A stretch of DNA of 64,000 bases from Eledone cirrhosa (Eukaryota), in assembly GCA_964016885.1 (NCBI GenBank), contig OZ024740.1, positions 298,530,001 through 298,594,000 of the forward strand, in the 5' to 3' direction. Of the stretch, positions 49,030-62,777 are shown piece by piece. Both the position numbers and the translations under genes were made by a program. Under the pieces are notes generated by a model. The model was not told the origin of the DNA, did no database searches, and saw nothing but the letters and a program-made list of their open reading frames with translations. Each line of letters opens with the position of its first letter. Positions within the stretch are counted from its first letter, which is position 1.

Positions 49030-49992
49030 ATAAGGAATGTCGAAAACGTGTAACTAGAATCCTAGTCATTTAGAACATTTAGGGTACATAGTTGTTATTA
49101 GTGTCAAAGGCATCATGTGGAGATTCAGGAGTTGTAACAACATTTGTTAAGATACATCCCAAACACCAAATTGATAAAAAAAGTTAGTTACATGACTAAA
49201 TCTCTCAAAATTCTTAATTAGTTGAAAATCCTAGACTGTTTTTCACTAGAAATATTGTAACAAAAGGGTTAAGTTTGTTTCAGCCTGACTTTGTGCAGTT
49301 AATCTATGAACCTCATTCCCATGCTTCCTTGTGGCATTGTTATTCTATGTAAATTTTGTTTGCTTCATTTGCCATGATGCTTTCTTAAAAATGTTTTTGT
49401 TGTTTCTACATGATGGATGTAGAGGCTAATTACATGCTGGTTGTTGGTAAAGTAGGAAAAATCAGTACGAGCAACATGATAGGATAGTAATCAGGATGTG
49501 TCATGGTAGGAGAGAGAGCGATTGACGTATAGCAACAAAGATATAAATGTGAATGGGTAAACAACGATAGGATGATAGGGGATGTAGAAGGACAGTGCTA
49601 ATTACATGCTGATTGTTGGTAGTGGATGGCATTGTTGGAGAGAGAGAGAGCAAATGATGGTGAGGAGCAAAGAAGCACAACAGTGAGAGTGGTAGATGTC
49701 AAATGAGAGTCTTATGAAGGAGAGAGATGGATGGTTAGTGGCAGATGGATATGAAGAGGTGATAGATGGTGGTGAAGCTAAAATAGATGTGTCTGTGATG
49801 ATGTGGAGAGTGTGTGTCCTGGAAGGCAGGAAAGAGACATAAAAAACAATAATTGTTTAAATTATAGACATTTGTAGCTTTAATAATAAATATGATTACA
49901 TCGAATCATAATCATATGGAGACAGAAAAATAAGTGATATTTAAAAGTGCCCAGGCAAATACATGTGGTGTGTCCACAGTTCAATGAGTTCA

Positions 49993-50243
49993 TGTTAGGA
50001 AATGAGTTATATTTCAGATCAGAAGTGAATGTGTGTGTGTGTGCATGCGTGTGTTAGGAAATGAGTTATATTTCAGATCAGAAGTGAAAGTGTGTATGTG
50101 TGCATGCGTGTGTTAGGAAATGAGTTATTTTTCAGATCAGAACCGAAAGTGAAATTGTGTGTGTATGTGTGTGTGTATGCGTGTGTTAGGAAATGAGTTA
50201 TTTTTCAGATCAGAACCGAAAGTGAAATTGTGTGTGTGTGTGT
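49993..50243. repeat. Tandem repeat, four copies of GTTAGGAAATGAGTTATWTTTCAGATCAGAA separated by variable (TG)n
   Basis: Directly visible; unit length about 58-73 bp. Confidence 0.9.
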
Positions 50244-51316
50244 AAGCTGCATTTGGGATTTGAGATGACTTTTAATGGTGGCATTATTGAATGTCTAAGT
50301 GCCCTCTGATGTTTGGGCTTCCAAGCTTCATTATATATCAGTGAGAAATCATGCATGACTGTCACTTTTGCTGAGTAGAAAAACACCTGTTAACTTCCAG
50401 AAAAAAACATTTGTTATTTACTTTGTCACAGTCAATTGGCTGACCATCAGATGTTTTTCTCTGTTCATGCAAATGAAGAGTTCCTGGTTTCTGTTCATGT
50501 CACTATCTCTTGGAATATATATATATTGCCACACATCTCGGAAGTTGTTTTTCACTAATTTCCAATAGCCGAAATACGATTCTCGCTAATTTCCAATAGC
50601 TGAAATACGATTCTCGCTAATTTATATTTATATATATATATTAGTTTATCCCAGGTGATTTCTCCCGAATGAAACAGTTCTAGTCCTATAGAAGCCCTTT
50701 CTATATTAGATATTTCTATATTAAATATATATATATATATATATAAGGAAAAGAAATTGAAAATGCAACTGGAGTCTTTTAAGAATATATATATTTACTT
50801 TATCGGGTTCACAGTTATGGTTTTCAAAAGTAAAATTGAGATGGAAGTTTTGTGTTTCTGTTTGGTGCAAAAATTACTATGCCTAATCACATGACTGTCA
50901 TCAACAAATAAAATGGTAAATAGCAATTTTGAGCCACTTTTTGTGGTGTGAAAATTACTGTGCCTAATCTGACATCAACCAACCAAATTACAATTTAAGC
51001 AAATAGCAATCTGCGCTACCTTTTTGTATAACACAGAAAGAATTTTCGAACTCCAACTAGATGCAAGAAAACACACAACAGAAATACAAACCCTCCATCT
51101 CAATTTTACTTTTGTGTTTTATATATATATATATAAATATAAGTATGTATATGTACATACATATATGTATACAGACGTACAGTAGTATGTATATACATAC
51201 ATACATGCACATATATATATATGTACGTATGGGTTTACCGAACATTTATTATAATGCTCGGTTTGTTTGTAAGTATCAGCTGTACTAAGAATGAGAAATG
51301 AAATTTCATTTTTTCC

Positions 51317-51373
<57 letters not shown>

Positions 51374-54300
51374 AGAAACTATAATTCAGAGAACAACAAA
51401 AAGAAGAATAGGATATATATGTATATAAAAATGGCTGTTAAATGATGATGATGATGGTGATGATTTATATATATCTTGATGTTAGGAAGGGCTTGCAGCC
51501 ATAGAAATCATATATTTGCAATTATTCCCACTCTATTCATTTTACAAATATTGTCCTTGTATCTTAAAAGGAATCCTTATTTATTTTTGTTAAACATTGC
51601 ATTGTAACCAGCACTTGAACCCAGAATTACTTGGGTGCTTTGAGTCTTTGTACTGCACTACTGAAACAAACACTATTCTGCTGTTGTAAAGCTATAAAGA
51701 CTGACATTTTAACGTATTGTTGCACCTAAGAAACATTGATTATTTTCACTATATTATAGAACAGCCACATCAGACAATTTTGTTTACAAATAGCATGGCT
51801 GCAAGTTCTATCATCAGCTTGAAGGCATTGCTTTGTTCTCTATATCAAAAGAACTTTACTTGACTTATCTTATGTCTATTAATCTAACAATAGACATGAT
51901 TTTCAAATTCTTTATCAGTGTCATCATCATCCACACTGTTATTACTGTTATTTAGTATTTTTGCTTCAATGTTTATTTTTTCCATGTAAGAAGTTCAATG
52001 TGTCTGCTGTATTCTTGGTCTTTAATCTTGTTTTATATCACTTGTAAGGACCAACATCCTGAAATCTAAACTCACAACCATCATTAAAAGAAATTAAATA
52101 CAATTAGTTATCACCTTCATTCAAAGCTTCTTTTTCACCCTTCCATTTTGTCTACCTATACTTGGCAATGACACTACTGTCTGTATTTGGTGATATACAC
52201 TGACCAAGGCTTTTTGTCCAATGTAATGTATGCCAGTGAAATATGAAAGAACACTGTGCTACACTGAAATAAAATGTTTTTCATCTGTAGAGTTTGTACA
52301 AAATACCTACTATATCTTTTGCTCATATAACCCATAAAGAAACTCTACTGATAGCCAGGCTACAATGTATTCAAGACATTGTGGCATAGTGCTGGCAATA
52401 TCTGACTGATCAAAATCTTTATCAAATCTATCAAAAAGTTCCAAGATTGCAGTGTGGTGAATTTCAAAATAGGGTATACAGGATAGAGGAAAACCCAAAG
52501 AACCTGATGTACCACATTCTAAGAAAATGTACAATATATTGTCATATAGTGTCATTTAACAAGAGATTGTAAATATTGCTGATGAATATCCAACTTACTA
52601 CTCAAAGTCTAGTCACACAGGAGGGACTTATAGTAATATGAACAAGAACATGCTATAAGTAATCTGATTCCATTTGTAATTTGTTTTTGATGTTTAGTTC
52701 TAGGTTTTTCCAGGAGAGATCATCATCCTTTTTTCTTCAGTTAAAATGTAGTATCCAGGACTATGCTATCCACTGGGCCCTTTTTTTTTTGAGTGGTAGT
52801 AAGAATTTATTTGAAAAATTTTAGACTGCTATTTCTAGCAGAATTAATAGCCACGTAGATGCTACCTCGCTGTCTAAATTGTCAATTATTGATATCTATG
52901 TTGATGTTGTTGATTAACCCCAGCCCAGCCTTATGATTGAAAGCATTCCAGCTGTAATCATCCCATCCTTTTTGTTTCAGTCATATTGTAACTACATCTA
53001 CATTAGTGTCCTTCTGTTTTTAAGGTGGTAAGCTATGATTTGGGAAAAAATGGCTGTTATTACTATTAGATCATATAACTGCATAGTAATTTTTGCATTT
53101 GCTCAGAGTTGCTTGCTATGCTAGATAGAGCATATAAATCTTCCTCAGATCACATCTTATAATGTTGTAGATATTACATGTATATATATGAACAATGAAG
53201 GGTTTCCATTGACATCTGATCATTTTTTGCATTGGGACCCTAGTTCATTGCTAGGTAGTTGTAATATTTCAATTAAAGACATTAGTATTGATCACATTAG
53301 ATGCTTGGTGGAGTTGTCATTGTTTGCCATCAGGTGTTGGTCAGCCTGACCTTTGGAAAGATGTTGGCATTTGATGTTTGTCATTATCCACACTATCACC
53401 ATCATTATCACCACCTTCAACTTTCTTCTCTTCATTCTTGCCAACACCAACAACATTATTATTATTATTGTCATTATAATCAAATCCGTGATCCTCACTA
53501 TTGCCATTACTTTCTTCAACACCATCTCTACCACTGCCATAACCATATAGTAATCTAGATATTTGCTTTGCCAAGTTATTCAATAGCATCTAATTGTTTC
53601 TGCTCAGAGAGAGCCAAATGAATTAATTGTGCTTAGCTGCACAATAATATCACTTTCTGAAATGCAATTAGTCAGACTTTGTGAAAATACTTAACATGAC
53701 TCCCTTGTCTTCTGTATTATTTACTTACAGCTTTCTTGACACCTTCCATTATCATGTGTGCTTAATTAGGACACATTTCTGAAGTAAGTCTAACTCTGAA
53801 CTGTCTCTTTAAATGTTCAAGCAAAATAGTTGGGTCATAAAAGATTGGCTCACTAGCTTATAGGATTTCAGTTAAAATCTATTGTCAGCCTTTGGTGCCT
53901 ACCTATCTAGGGGAACAGTAACTCTAAATAAGATCTGATACAGTATAGATAGGATTTTTCAACCCTTTCGATATCAACCTACCCAAAATTGCCCGTTTCT
54001 ATAATACAAAACTGTTTGTTTAAAAGTGTTTATATATATATTTAAGACTCTTCCATTGTAATTTAATGTAAGAACCTTAATAGTGAAAAAGTTAGTTATA
54101 TTGCTAAATCCTTAAAACTTTTGATTTTCAAAATAATTTGAAAATTATAAGTAATGTTTTTTATAAGAAATATAATGAAAGGCTTAATTCAACCACAGAC
54201 AACATCTCCCATGCTGCCAATCTATATTGTAAGAGATATGCAATAAAAAAGTAATTATTGTTTTCTTTTACCATGTGCACTGGATGTTAAGGACTGTGAT

Positions 54301-55952
54301 AAGTGGCAGGATACTGTGGAATCTGTTTAACATATGGTAACAAGGGAAAACAGGTGTTACATGGTGATGATGATGATAAACAGCCAAATTCCCTTAAATT
54401 TCACCATATCATTATAACCATTCTGATACTAACCCACTTGTGGCTTTCTAAAATGGAACCATGTTTTAAAAGTCTAGTCTGTCCCAAGCCCAGAGTTTCA
54501 TTAGGTTGGTGGTTATCCCTGTTCCTGTAGCATGAAGCGACAGAAAATACAAGACAGGATGTCTGTCCATCACAGGTTTAAACCCTCATCTATTGCTGGT
54601 ACTCATTTTCAGCTGAGTATACTGGATCAATGTGAAATGAAGTGTTTTGCTCAAGAACACAACACACAACCCCATTTGTTATCATATTTCCAATGAATTA
54701 ATAAATGAAAAATTTCGAGGGATTAATTTAGATGAGAACCATTTAAAATGAGTGGTTTTGTTTCATTGAATGAGATGCAGTTTTGGGTGGGTGGGTTGGT
54801 ATCAAAATGGTTAAATGTCACAGAAAATACTTGGTATTTAGTGCCTGTGTTAAAGATTATCATCATCATCAGTAGACTGACCGACAAATGCTTTGTAGTA
54901 TTTAACTATGTTTCTTTACATAAATCGGTCATATATCAATCTCCATACAGTATAATGATCTATTTTAACTCTTTAGCATTTATATTACTCTATATATACT
55001 ATTCTATTTTTGTGGTAAACACTCTATCTCACATAAGTATCTCACATAATATCGAATCTATGAGATTTTGATATTTATTTTGAGAACAATACCTTAACAT
55101 CGGTATGAGCAGCCAGTTACAACCAGTTTGAACAGAAAGAGGTGAGAGAATTATGGCTGGTTTAAATGCTAAGTCATTGGAGATGTTTATAAATATTATT
55201 ATTCTTAGAGGATGATGAGTGCAGAATTGGCAGTCATTTGAATGCTTTGCGGTATTCATTTTGACTCTGCTATCTGAGTTCAAATACTGTTGAGGTCAAT
55301 TTTGCCTTTTATCCATTCGAGATCAATTAAAGAAAGTACTATATCTCTTTCCAACTTTCATTCTCTCCATCCTTCTTTGGAAGAAATCTGCTCAATGCAG
55401 ACCTGGAAAGGAGATGGGCTCTGTCAGGTTTAAAAAAAAAATGCCCTAGAAACGTATGTCAAATTGGCACCACTACGGCTCCCTCAGGAGTTGCAGTACT
55501 ATGCATGGGTAATAAGTGGCAGAGTTGGTAGTTTCTATCAAATCACCTTGAGGTATTTATTTATATCTTCTTACATTTTGAGCTCAAAGATCGTCCCAGC
55601 TGACTTTATTTTGTGGTCGGTAAAATTAAAAACCAGTTAAGCACTGGAACCAATTTCTCAAAATTTATTCCTCAAAATTTATTCCTCAAAATTTATCATC
55701 ATGTGTCTATTTTATAAATTAGCTATATTATTCTGGTTGTCGCAACATGTGTTCGAATGTTATGCTTTCAAAGGGAAACAACCATATCTTGACTTCTATT
55801 GTTATTTTAATCTTTTTAGTCAATCAGGCAGATAGTTAGACAATGTGAGAGAGGGAAGAAGTAACAAGTGTAAGAGATAAGGGGTAAGAATCATAGATGG
55901 GAGATAATATAACGAAGATTTATGCGTAATGTTTATTATATTGTTAGTAACA

Positions 55953-56335
55953 CATCATCATCATTGTTTAATGTCTGTTTTCCATGCTAGCATGAGTTAG
56001 ATGGGTTGAGCCGTTTGAGGCAAGTTGGGTCAGGTGACTGTGTCTTGCTCATATAGGACTGTATCTGGCTTGGCTTCTACAGCTGAATGCCCTTCTTAAC
56101 ACCAACCACATTTACAGTGTGTGCTGGATGTTTTTTGTTGTGATACCAACATGGCAACTTTACAATGTAAAGTGGTGTGATCAGATGTGGGTGGGGGTGT
56201 TAGGGTTTGGGAGGTGTATGGAAGAGGAAGAGAGGATAGTGGTTAAGAGGTACATACTAGATGTATGCTTCAATCCGTGCACATGAGCAGGTGGGTCTTC
56301 TATATTAGTGCATAATGCCAAAGATCTCGTTATCT
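55953..56335 (-). mobile_element. Diverged RTE 3' UTR fragment
   Basis: Homologous to 7419-7855. Confidence 0.7.
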
Positions 56336-57239
56336 TATTCCTAATTTTTATTTACTTTCAATTTGTCTAGCTTATTATCTTAACAATTTACTAATATAAT
56401 AATTGTTTCTACTTTAGGCACAAGGCCAGCAATTACCCAGCGCATTACTGGTACTTTATTTTATCGACCCGTAAGGATGAAAGGCAAAGTCAACCTCGGC
56501 GGATTTACTAATATAATAATAGCCTTATGTATTTATCCGTCACACACTAGAGATGACTGAAGAAGGGAGGGGTGATAGTATTGACTGAGGAAGGAGGGGT
56601 GACAGCGTCTAATATTTGCTACACCTGTGTGTCTATATGTATAGCGAATTGGCTACACACATTGGCTGTTATGATTATGTGAGTGTTTGTATATGTATAT
56701 TTGTGTAAATTATATTTATATATAATATTTGTGTGAGTGTATATGTGTTTGTGTGTGTTTATTTAGAAATATACATAGACAACTAGCCTTTAACATAATT
56801 GATCAATGTTATGAAAATATATAAACTTATGTATCAAAATGAAAATAATTTTTATAAGATGTATAATTTTAGCATGCCCCTCTATTCACTCATTCATTTA
56901 TTCTTTATTTCTGTATCTATCTATCTATAAATATAAGGAAAGAAAACTTAGATATACCGAGTAGATAATTAATTTTGTTTAAGAATATTTATCTAGCTTT
57001 ACTGTGAAATAATTGTTGATTCATAATCTCTTGAGAGAACATCAGAATCTGACAAACAGTGGATCAAGATTTTAATTTAGTTGAAGCTCATTCAAGTTTA
57101 GTGCTGTCAGAAACCTTGCCCCACTCGTAGACTGTATATATAAAGATTTTAATTATCTTGGTATGTAGATTTGATAAGTGTTTGAGGAAACACACCTGGC
57201 AGCATTTTAATTAATTTAAAATATATCTTTCAGCTTTAA

Positions 57240-58550
57240 CTCATTTTCCCTTGTGGCCATTGTGGCCTTATATGATTACTTCCCTTAGTATTTGACAGTG
57301 ACCTCCTTTTGTTCTGACACTACCTCCCTAAGTCAAATAGTGAAGATTAATAGTTTTTTTAAATGGCTATTCCAAAATTGCTCTAAGTTTATAAATTATT
57401 AAAGATAAAAGCGCAACATTTTCAGTGAAGATTCCAAACTGAATTTTCTAAAGGATATTGCAAAAACTTTCATTATATTACAGATTATTAAATAAAATAA
57501 ACAATTTAATATAAAATGTAAGCAAAAGCATGAAAAAATATTTTTCTGTAAGTATCAACATATTCATACCTTTAAGGGAAATGTTCCAGATGATAGCGTT
57601 TGAAACAATTAATACAGAGATTTACCTTGCATTGCTCACAGCCTGTTTTTGATTCCCTTCTAATATTTTGTTTGGAACACTGCTTCCAAGTCCTCTTTTT
57701 TTCTTTAAGTCTGCAGGCTTCTGCGGAATTTCTTCCAGGGAAATTTTTCTTTTATGGGAGTAGTCCACAATCAGTTGACGGGTTAGGTTCATTCTAAAAC
57801 CCAACTGTGTACATTTTTTTCCTTGTCTATTCTAAACAGGAGTTTATGGTTTGGGGATTCTCATCATCTAGACAAATGATGAACATATAGCCACATCAAC
57901 AACAAAATAAAACAAATACGTCCAGCATTTATTTTACTTCCCTTTAATGCAGTACCTGGCTCTCAACTGGTCTGCATAGTCTACTTCATTCATGTGCTCC
58001 ATGTAGTCTTTTACTGCCCTTGCATATGGCACAATATGGTGTTCCCCAGTCTTTTGTTTTTGCCAGACACCGGTTAAATCATTGGGACTGGAATTTGTGG
58101 TCAGCGGTGTCATAGTCCTCTTATCATGCCAGGCTGTTGTCACCAAGTTCCCTTATTGTCTCTGTATTGTGAATCTTGTTTCTTCAATTTGGCAAGGTAA
58201 CAGCTTTTTGCATGTCTTTTCTATTTTTTCTTATTGTGTTGCAAGCATAGGTCCCTAGTTTTAGAAGTTTCTGAAAGAGTTTGATAGAGGAGAAAAAAAT
58301 TATCACAATACATGTTTCCCCATATGTCCCTCTTGAGGTCCTTCACAACTCTTTCTGTAGTATTGTAGTATTTTCTTATTAGGCTCGTAGGCAGCCCATC
58401 TGTGATCATGATGTCCCAATATGCTATGATTGACAGAACCAGAGTTAAGGAAACCTGATTATCTGTTGCTGATGTCACCATTTCCTGTTAACATTTGGTG
58501 AGCATTCTACCATTGAGGAATGCTTAGGAAACTTTGTTTCACCAAACCAG
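57240..58550 (-). mobile_element. Second, more decayed piggyBac transposase fossil
   Basis: YCDNFF, TAWHDKR, VKDYMEHMNEVDYADQLRARY..KCWTYLFYFVVDVAI motifs. Confidence 0.8.
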
Positions 58551-59302
58551 TTTGTGATAGCATACACCCTATTTAAACAACCCAAAATACACATGGCATT
58601 TGAACAACAACTTCATGCCCAATCAGATTGACTATATCCTTCTTTGATCTTGGATCAGCTGTGTATTTGATTTTTGATCTTATTGTAATGTTGAAATTGG
58701 CAGCAAGAACAGCTCAGATCATTCTTTTATATGGGCAAATTTTAGATGCACTTAACCCTTTGGATACTTACTTGGCCAAAACTAGTTCTGGTTTTATAAA
58801 ACAAAACCAATAATTTTCAAGAGTCCTTATTTAAATTAAAATCAACTTAATTTTATATAAAAACTATGTTAAGTTCCTATCTAAGTAATACAATAATAAA
58901 TAATTTTAGTAAATCCACCAAATTCTTCATTGAGTAATTGGAATAGAGTGTATTTCATTAGAAAAATGGTAACAAAAGAGTTTAAAATTATGATGTCTCC
59001 AAAATATATGAAACTGAAATGCAATAACACAGCCATACAATTTCAAATAGAACTGCATAGCTATTTCAATGGTTCAACACACTAGAAGAAACTGAATCCA
59101 TAGCTGAAAATAAGTGACAATTTTAAATGCCACCCACAAGCATAGACGGAAAGATTGGATTTTTAGTTGTATGGTAAAACTTGTTTTTGAAATAGTGGCG
59201 CTGTTGGAGATTTGTGAAAGCTGCAACAACTTCTAAAATCGACCATGAAGGCTGTTCACCTGCATGAAAAAGGCAGATATAAAAATGACGCAAAAGAATA
59301 CT

Positions 59303-59365
<63 letters not shown>

Positions 59366-60569
59366 ATGTATGTATGTATGCATGCATGCACATACAAACA
59401 CGCAGACATATATATGTATAAACACACAGACATAGTGTTGCATATTTAATCTTTCTCTGTCTCACTGTTCTTATATGTGTATGAATACACACATACACGC
59501 ATTCTCTCTGCATATATAATATATTTTCCATATATATATTTACAGGTGTTTATACTGTATTTATAATCTATTCAATAATGTATAATTTACTGCACCTCAT
59601 ACAAAATGTATAGAATATTTAGATGAAAGAACATTTTAGCAGTCAAATCATGAGAAGTTCACTTTTTGATCACATTTGCAAGTATTTTTTGTATTTTCAT
59701 ACTTCCTGTAAATTTTTAGTTTATCTTTGACAGAATGTTTAATAAATTAGCATTTTTTAACGTACATTATTTGATTATTATCATATGAAGGAATTTGTCC
59801 GATTGATAAGATTCTTAGCAGACAGTTGTTGATTTAAGAAATGACATTGAAAGAAGATTTAGTGTCTTCACATTCATCAATTTTTTAAAAGTAACTAAAT
59901 AGTGAGCTGCTTTACAAATCATGTCAGGAAGAATTTTAAATTTACTTTTGATGATCGAATATGAAAAAGACTTGCTAAATATCTGAACAAATATATATAT
60001 ATATTGGGACAAACATCTATGAGGATGTATATACATATGTATATAGGTATATATATATTAAGAAAAACGATGAAGTTTTGTTTACATGTAGTTAGTTTTT
60101 TTTTTATTGTATACCGACCTGTTACACGCGCTTCGCACAGGATTGGCTCAGGGTCACCCATAGAAGTTATGGAACTGACTCCATTATTGATCTGCTCATA
60201 GGTAGGGGGTATGGCTTAAGCCTAGCTGGTTAGTGTATGGAGAGAAGGGATGTAGTGGTGTGAGAGATGTGCTTCATAGCGGAGGTGGGAGTTGTGGTAG
60301 AAAGATAGGAAAGGGGGGAGGGACAGGGTATGAGCTGGTAATGGGGGATGGACAAGAGGTAGAGAGAGTAGCTACTAAGGTGCAATGGTGAGGATATCTT
60401 AGGTCTTTAGAGGAGGGGTAGTAGTTATGAAGTGGTTCTGGAGGGAGCTTGGGTAGTGGGTGCGGTAGTGGCGATGATAGATGGTGGGGAGTGTTTTGGG
60501 AGGAAGGGGGAGTGGTTCAAGGATGGGACAAGTCATATTGTATGCTTCTGGTCGGGTATTCACCATCAC

Positions 60570-60985
60570 AGCATGGTGCCAGCACACTTGATCCTTTGTC
60601 ATCTCAGTTGTGAGGCATAGTTTCTCAAGGTTGCTCTTTACTATCTCATCTCATGTCTTCCTGGGTCTGCCTTTTCTTTGGGTTCCAGCCACTGGGATAG
60701 CTCTGCATTTCTTTATGCGGCTGCTATCCTCCATATACATCACATGTCAATTCCAGTGCAATCTTTCTCTTGCACACTACATCCAATTCTTCTTATACCA
60801 AATTTTCCTCTCAGTTCTCTTATGCTACATTGTTCATGCACACTAGCATTACACACCCATCGAGGCATACTTGCTTCATTTCTCTCTAGCCTTTACAGAT
60901 CTCCTGCAGTTAAGGCCCATGTTTCACTGCCATGTAGCATTGCAGTTCGCATATAGACATCATACAGTCTACCATTCACACTGAA
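60570..60985 (-). mobile_element. Decayed RTE 3' fragment
   Basis: GRLYDVYMRTAMLHGSETWAL..LERNEASMPRW..GRPRKT remnants. Confidence 0.75.
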
Positions 60986-61009
60986 ATAGTGTGTATGTAT
61001 ATATGTCCT

Positions 61010-62150
61010 TTATACTTTCTCCGTACAGCTGTATGATAAAATGTGAATTTCTTCAACCAGTAATCTGTTATGAGGTTTTGGCCTGGGGATTTCCTGTTTC
61101 ACATTATCTGTAGTGCTATTTCCAGTATTGTGCTGTCTATTACATATTACCTTTGCTTGACATGCTGACAGTCGCCGTATGGGTTGTGTAGAATTCATCA
61201 TTTGTTTTACAAACAGATCTACAGTATCTTTCAACCTGATATTTTGTGGAGTTTACGGAGATTGAGCCTTTCACATTGAAGCCATGATAGATTGACAAAT
61301 AGTCTATTCAACATTTGCCATTTATATGCTGTAGATTTATATTTTAGTTATTCTTTTTTAGATTTTCTTGATGTCATGTGAAATTCTTTTCTGAGTTACA
61401 TTTCATTACTACAATGATCTTTGAGATACTTCTTTGCAAGAGAAACAACTCTTTGTGGTACACTAACAATGTTATAGCTAAGGCATATATCAAAAGGTTA
61501 ACAATTTCATAGGTTCTTTTCATACTTTTGGGTTGTGTGGCTTTCAGATAATTGCCTCCAATTCTAATTTATTGATTCTTTAGTTATACTGGTGTTGTAT
61601 AACCTGTCATTCAAATTAAGGTTGTGGACCTGTTGAAACATGTCATCCTAGATGACTTGTAAAGTGTCCACAAGTTTTCGGTATTCTTCTGTTTGTACAG
61701 CAGATCTATGGATTTCAGCTAGATTGTTGGTGTGTTGTTTACTGCAAGACTTAGCTGACCATTATATTTGTCCATCATATATCTTCAATGGCTTGTTTTG
61801 TTGTGCCAGCCTGCTATGAATCAGATATTTTCATTAAATGTAGCGATTTATATCTTATAATATGTTTTGCTTGTTCATTTAAATGTTTTTAGAAAAAGTC
61901 TAATTCTGGGTGTTCGGAGTTCCACCAATGTTTTAGCCTTTGTATAAAACTGAACTTTTGGGTGTCAGATTTTAATATGCTTCATATAAATTTTTAAGAT
62001 TGTAGCTCCATTATATACAATGATTGTAGCCATGGTTTGGTCAAAGAAGACTTATACATTTAGCCATGATGATTTTTGTCTCGTCATCAATATTTGTATT
62101 TATTTTTAAAGATAGACGATGATATTTAAAAAAAGTTTTGACAAAGTTTT
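61010..62150 (-). mobile_element. Possible highly decayed R2/R4-type non-LTR element C-terminal region
   Basis: Weak remnants resembling HHPKADIDRLY (about 61700-61740) and a CRxC..H..C zinc knuckle (about 61150-61225), visible only across frameshifts. Confidence 0.25.
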
Positions 62151-62621
62151 GTCAGAATTAAATTTAAAGTTATTCACAACTTGGGTAATCTTTCCTTTCA
62201 GATTGTTTTAATCCTACAATTGTATTTAAATGTTCATAGTTAGCAGTTTTTTTGGTGAATTCTTTTGAAATGTTATTTCGCTTATTTCTTTATATGTGTA
62301 ACACTACAATGTTAAATTATATGTAACATTTATATAGATATGTTACAATATATGTAATGTTTAAACACTTATGTACAAATATTTGTATGCAATCTTACCA
62401 TATTCTGTATCTCAACTTTTCCAATATATAGTATTATAAGCAGTGATTACACATGTCTGAGTAACAGACTGACTACAATGGTTGCCATTGTGTATGTATG
62501 AGTATATATATGCATGTATATGTATTTATGTGTGTGTGTGTGTGTCAAGTTCAATTGGGGGTAACCACAGTAAGTAAGATACTCAATACAGAGTAGAGTA
62601 TAACTGTTTAATACAGAAATG

Positions 62622-62670
62622 GCTTCTACAGGACTAGAACTGTTTCATTCAAGGAAATTGTCAGGAAATA
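62622..62670 (-). ncRNA. Degenerate hammerhead motif; second copy on + at about 50648-50694
   Basis: tttc-CTGACAA (G8 mutated)-stem II-GAAA-cag/ttctagtc/ctg-TA-gaag. Confidence 0.45.
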
Positions 62671-62712
62671 TATATATCAACAGGTTAAAATTAACTTTGT
62701 TTATTCATATTT

Positions 62713-62777
62713 GCTGTTATATATATATATATTCCGGTGATTACCATTATGCAACAGCTATGACTTCATCAGACAGC
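62713..62777 (-). ncRNA. Degenerate hammerhead motif (same family as 3544 and 48768)
   Basis: gctgt-CTGATGA-agtc..cacc-GGAA (GAAA mutated)-(TA)n-acagc; perfect 5-bp stem I. Confidence 0.55.

Noticed and set aside
49993-50243. CRISPR-like repeat-spacer pattern
   Set aside because: Spacers are (TG)n variants rather than unique sequences, the context is eukaryotic and there are no cas genes.
51900-52620. Possible decayed transposase on the minus strand
   Set aside because: No motif could be assigned with confidence.
53292-53589. His/Asn/Asp-rich ORFs
   Set aside because: Degenerate trinucleotide low-complexity sequence with no splice or homology support.
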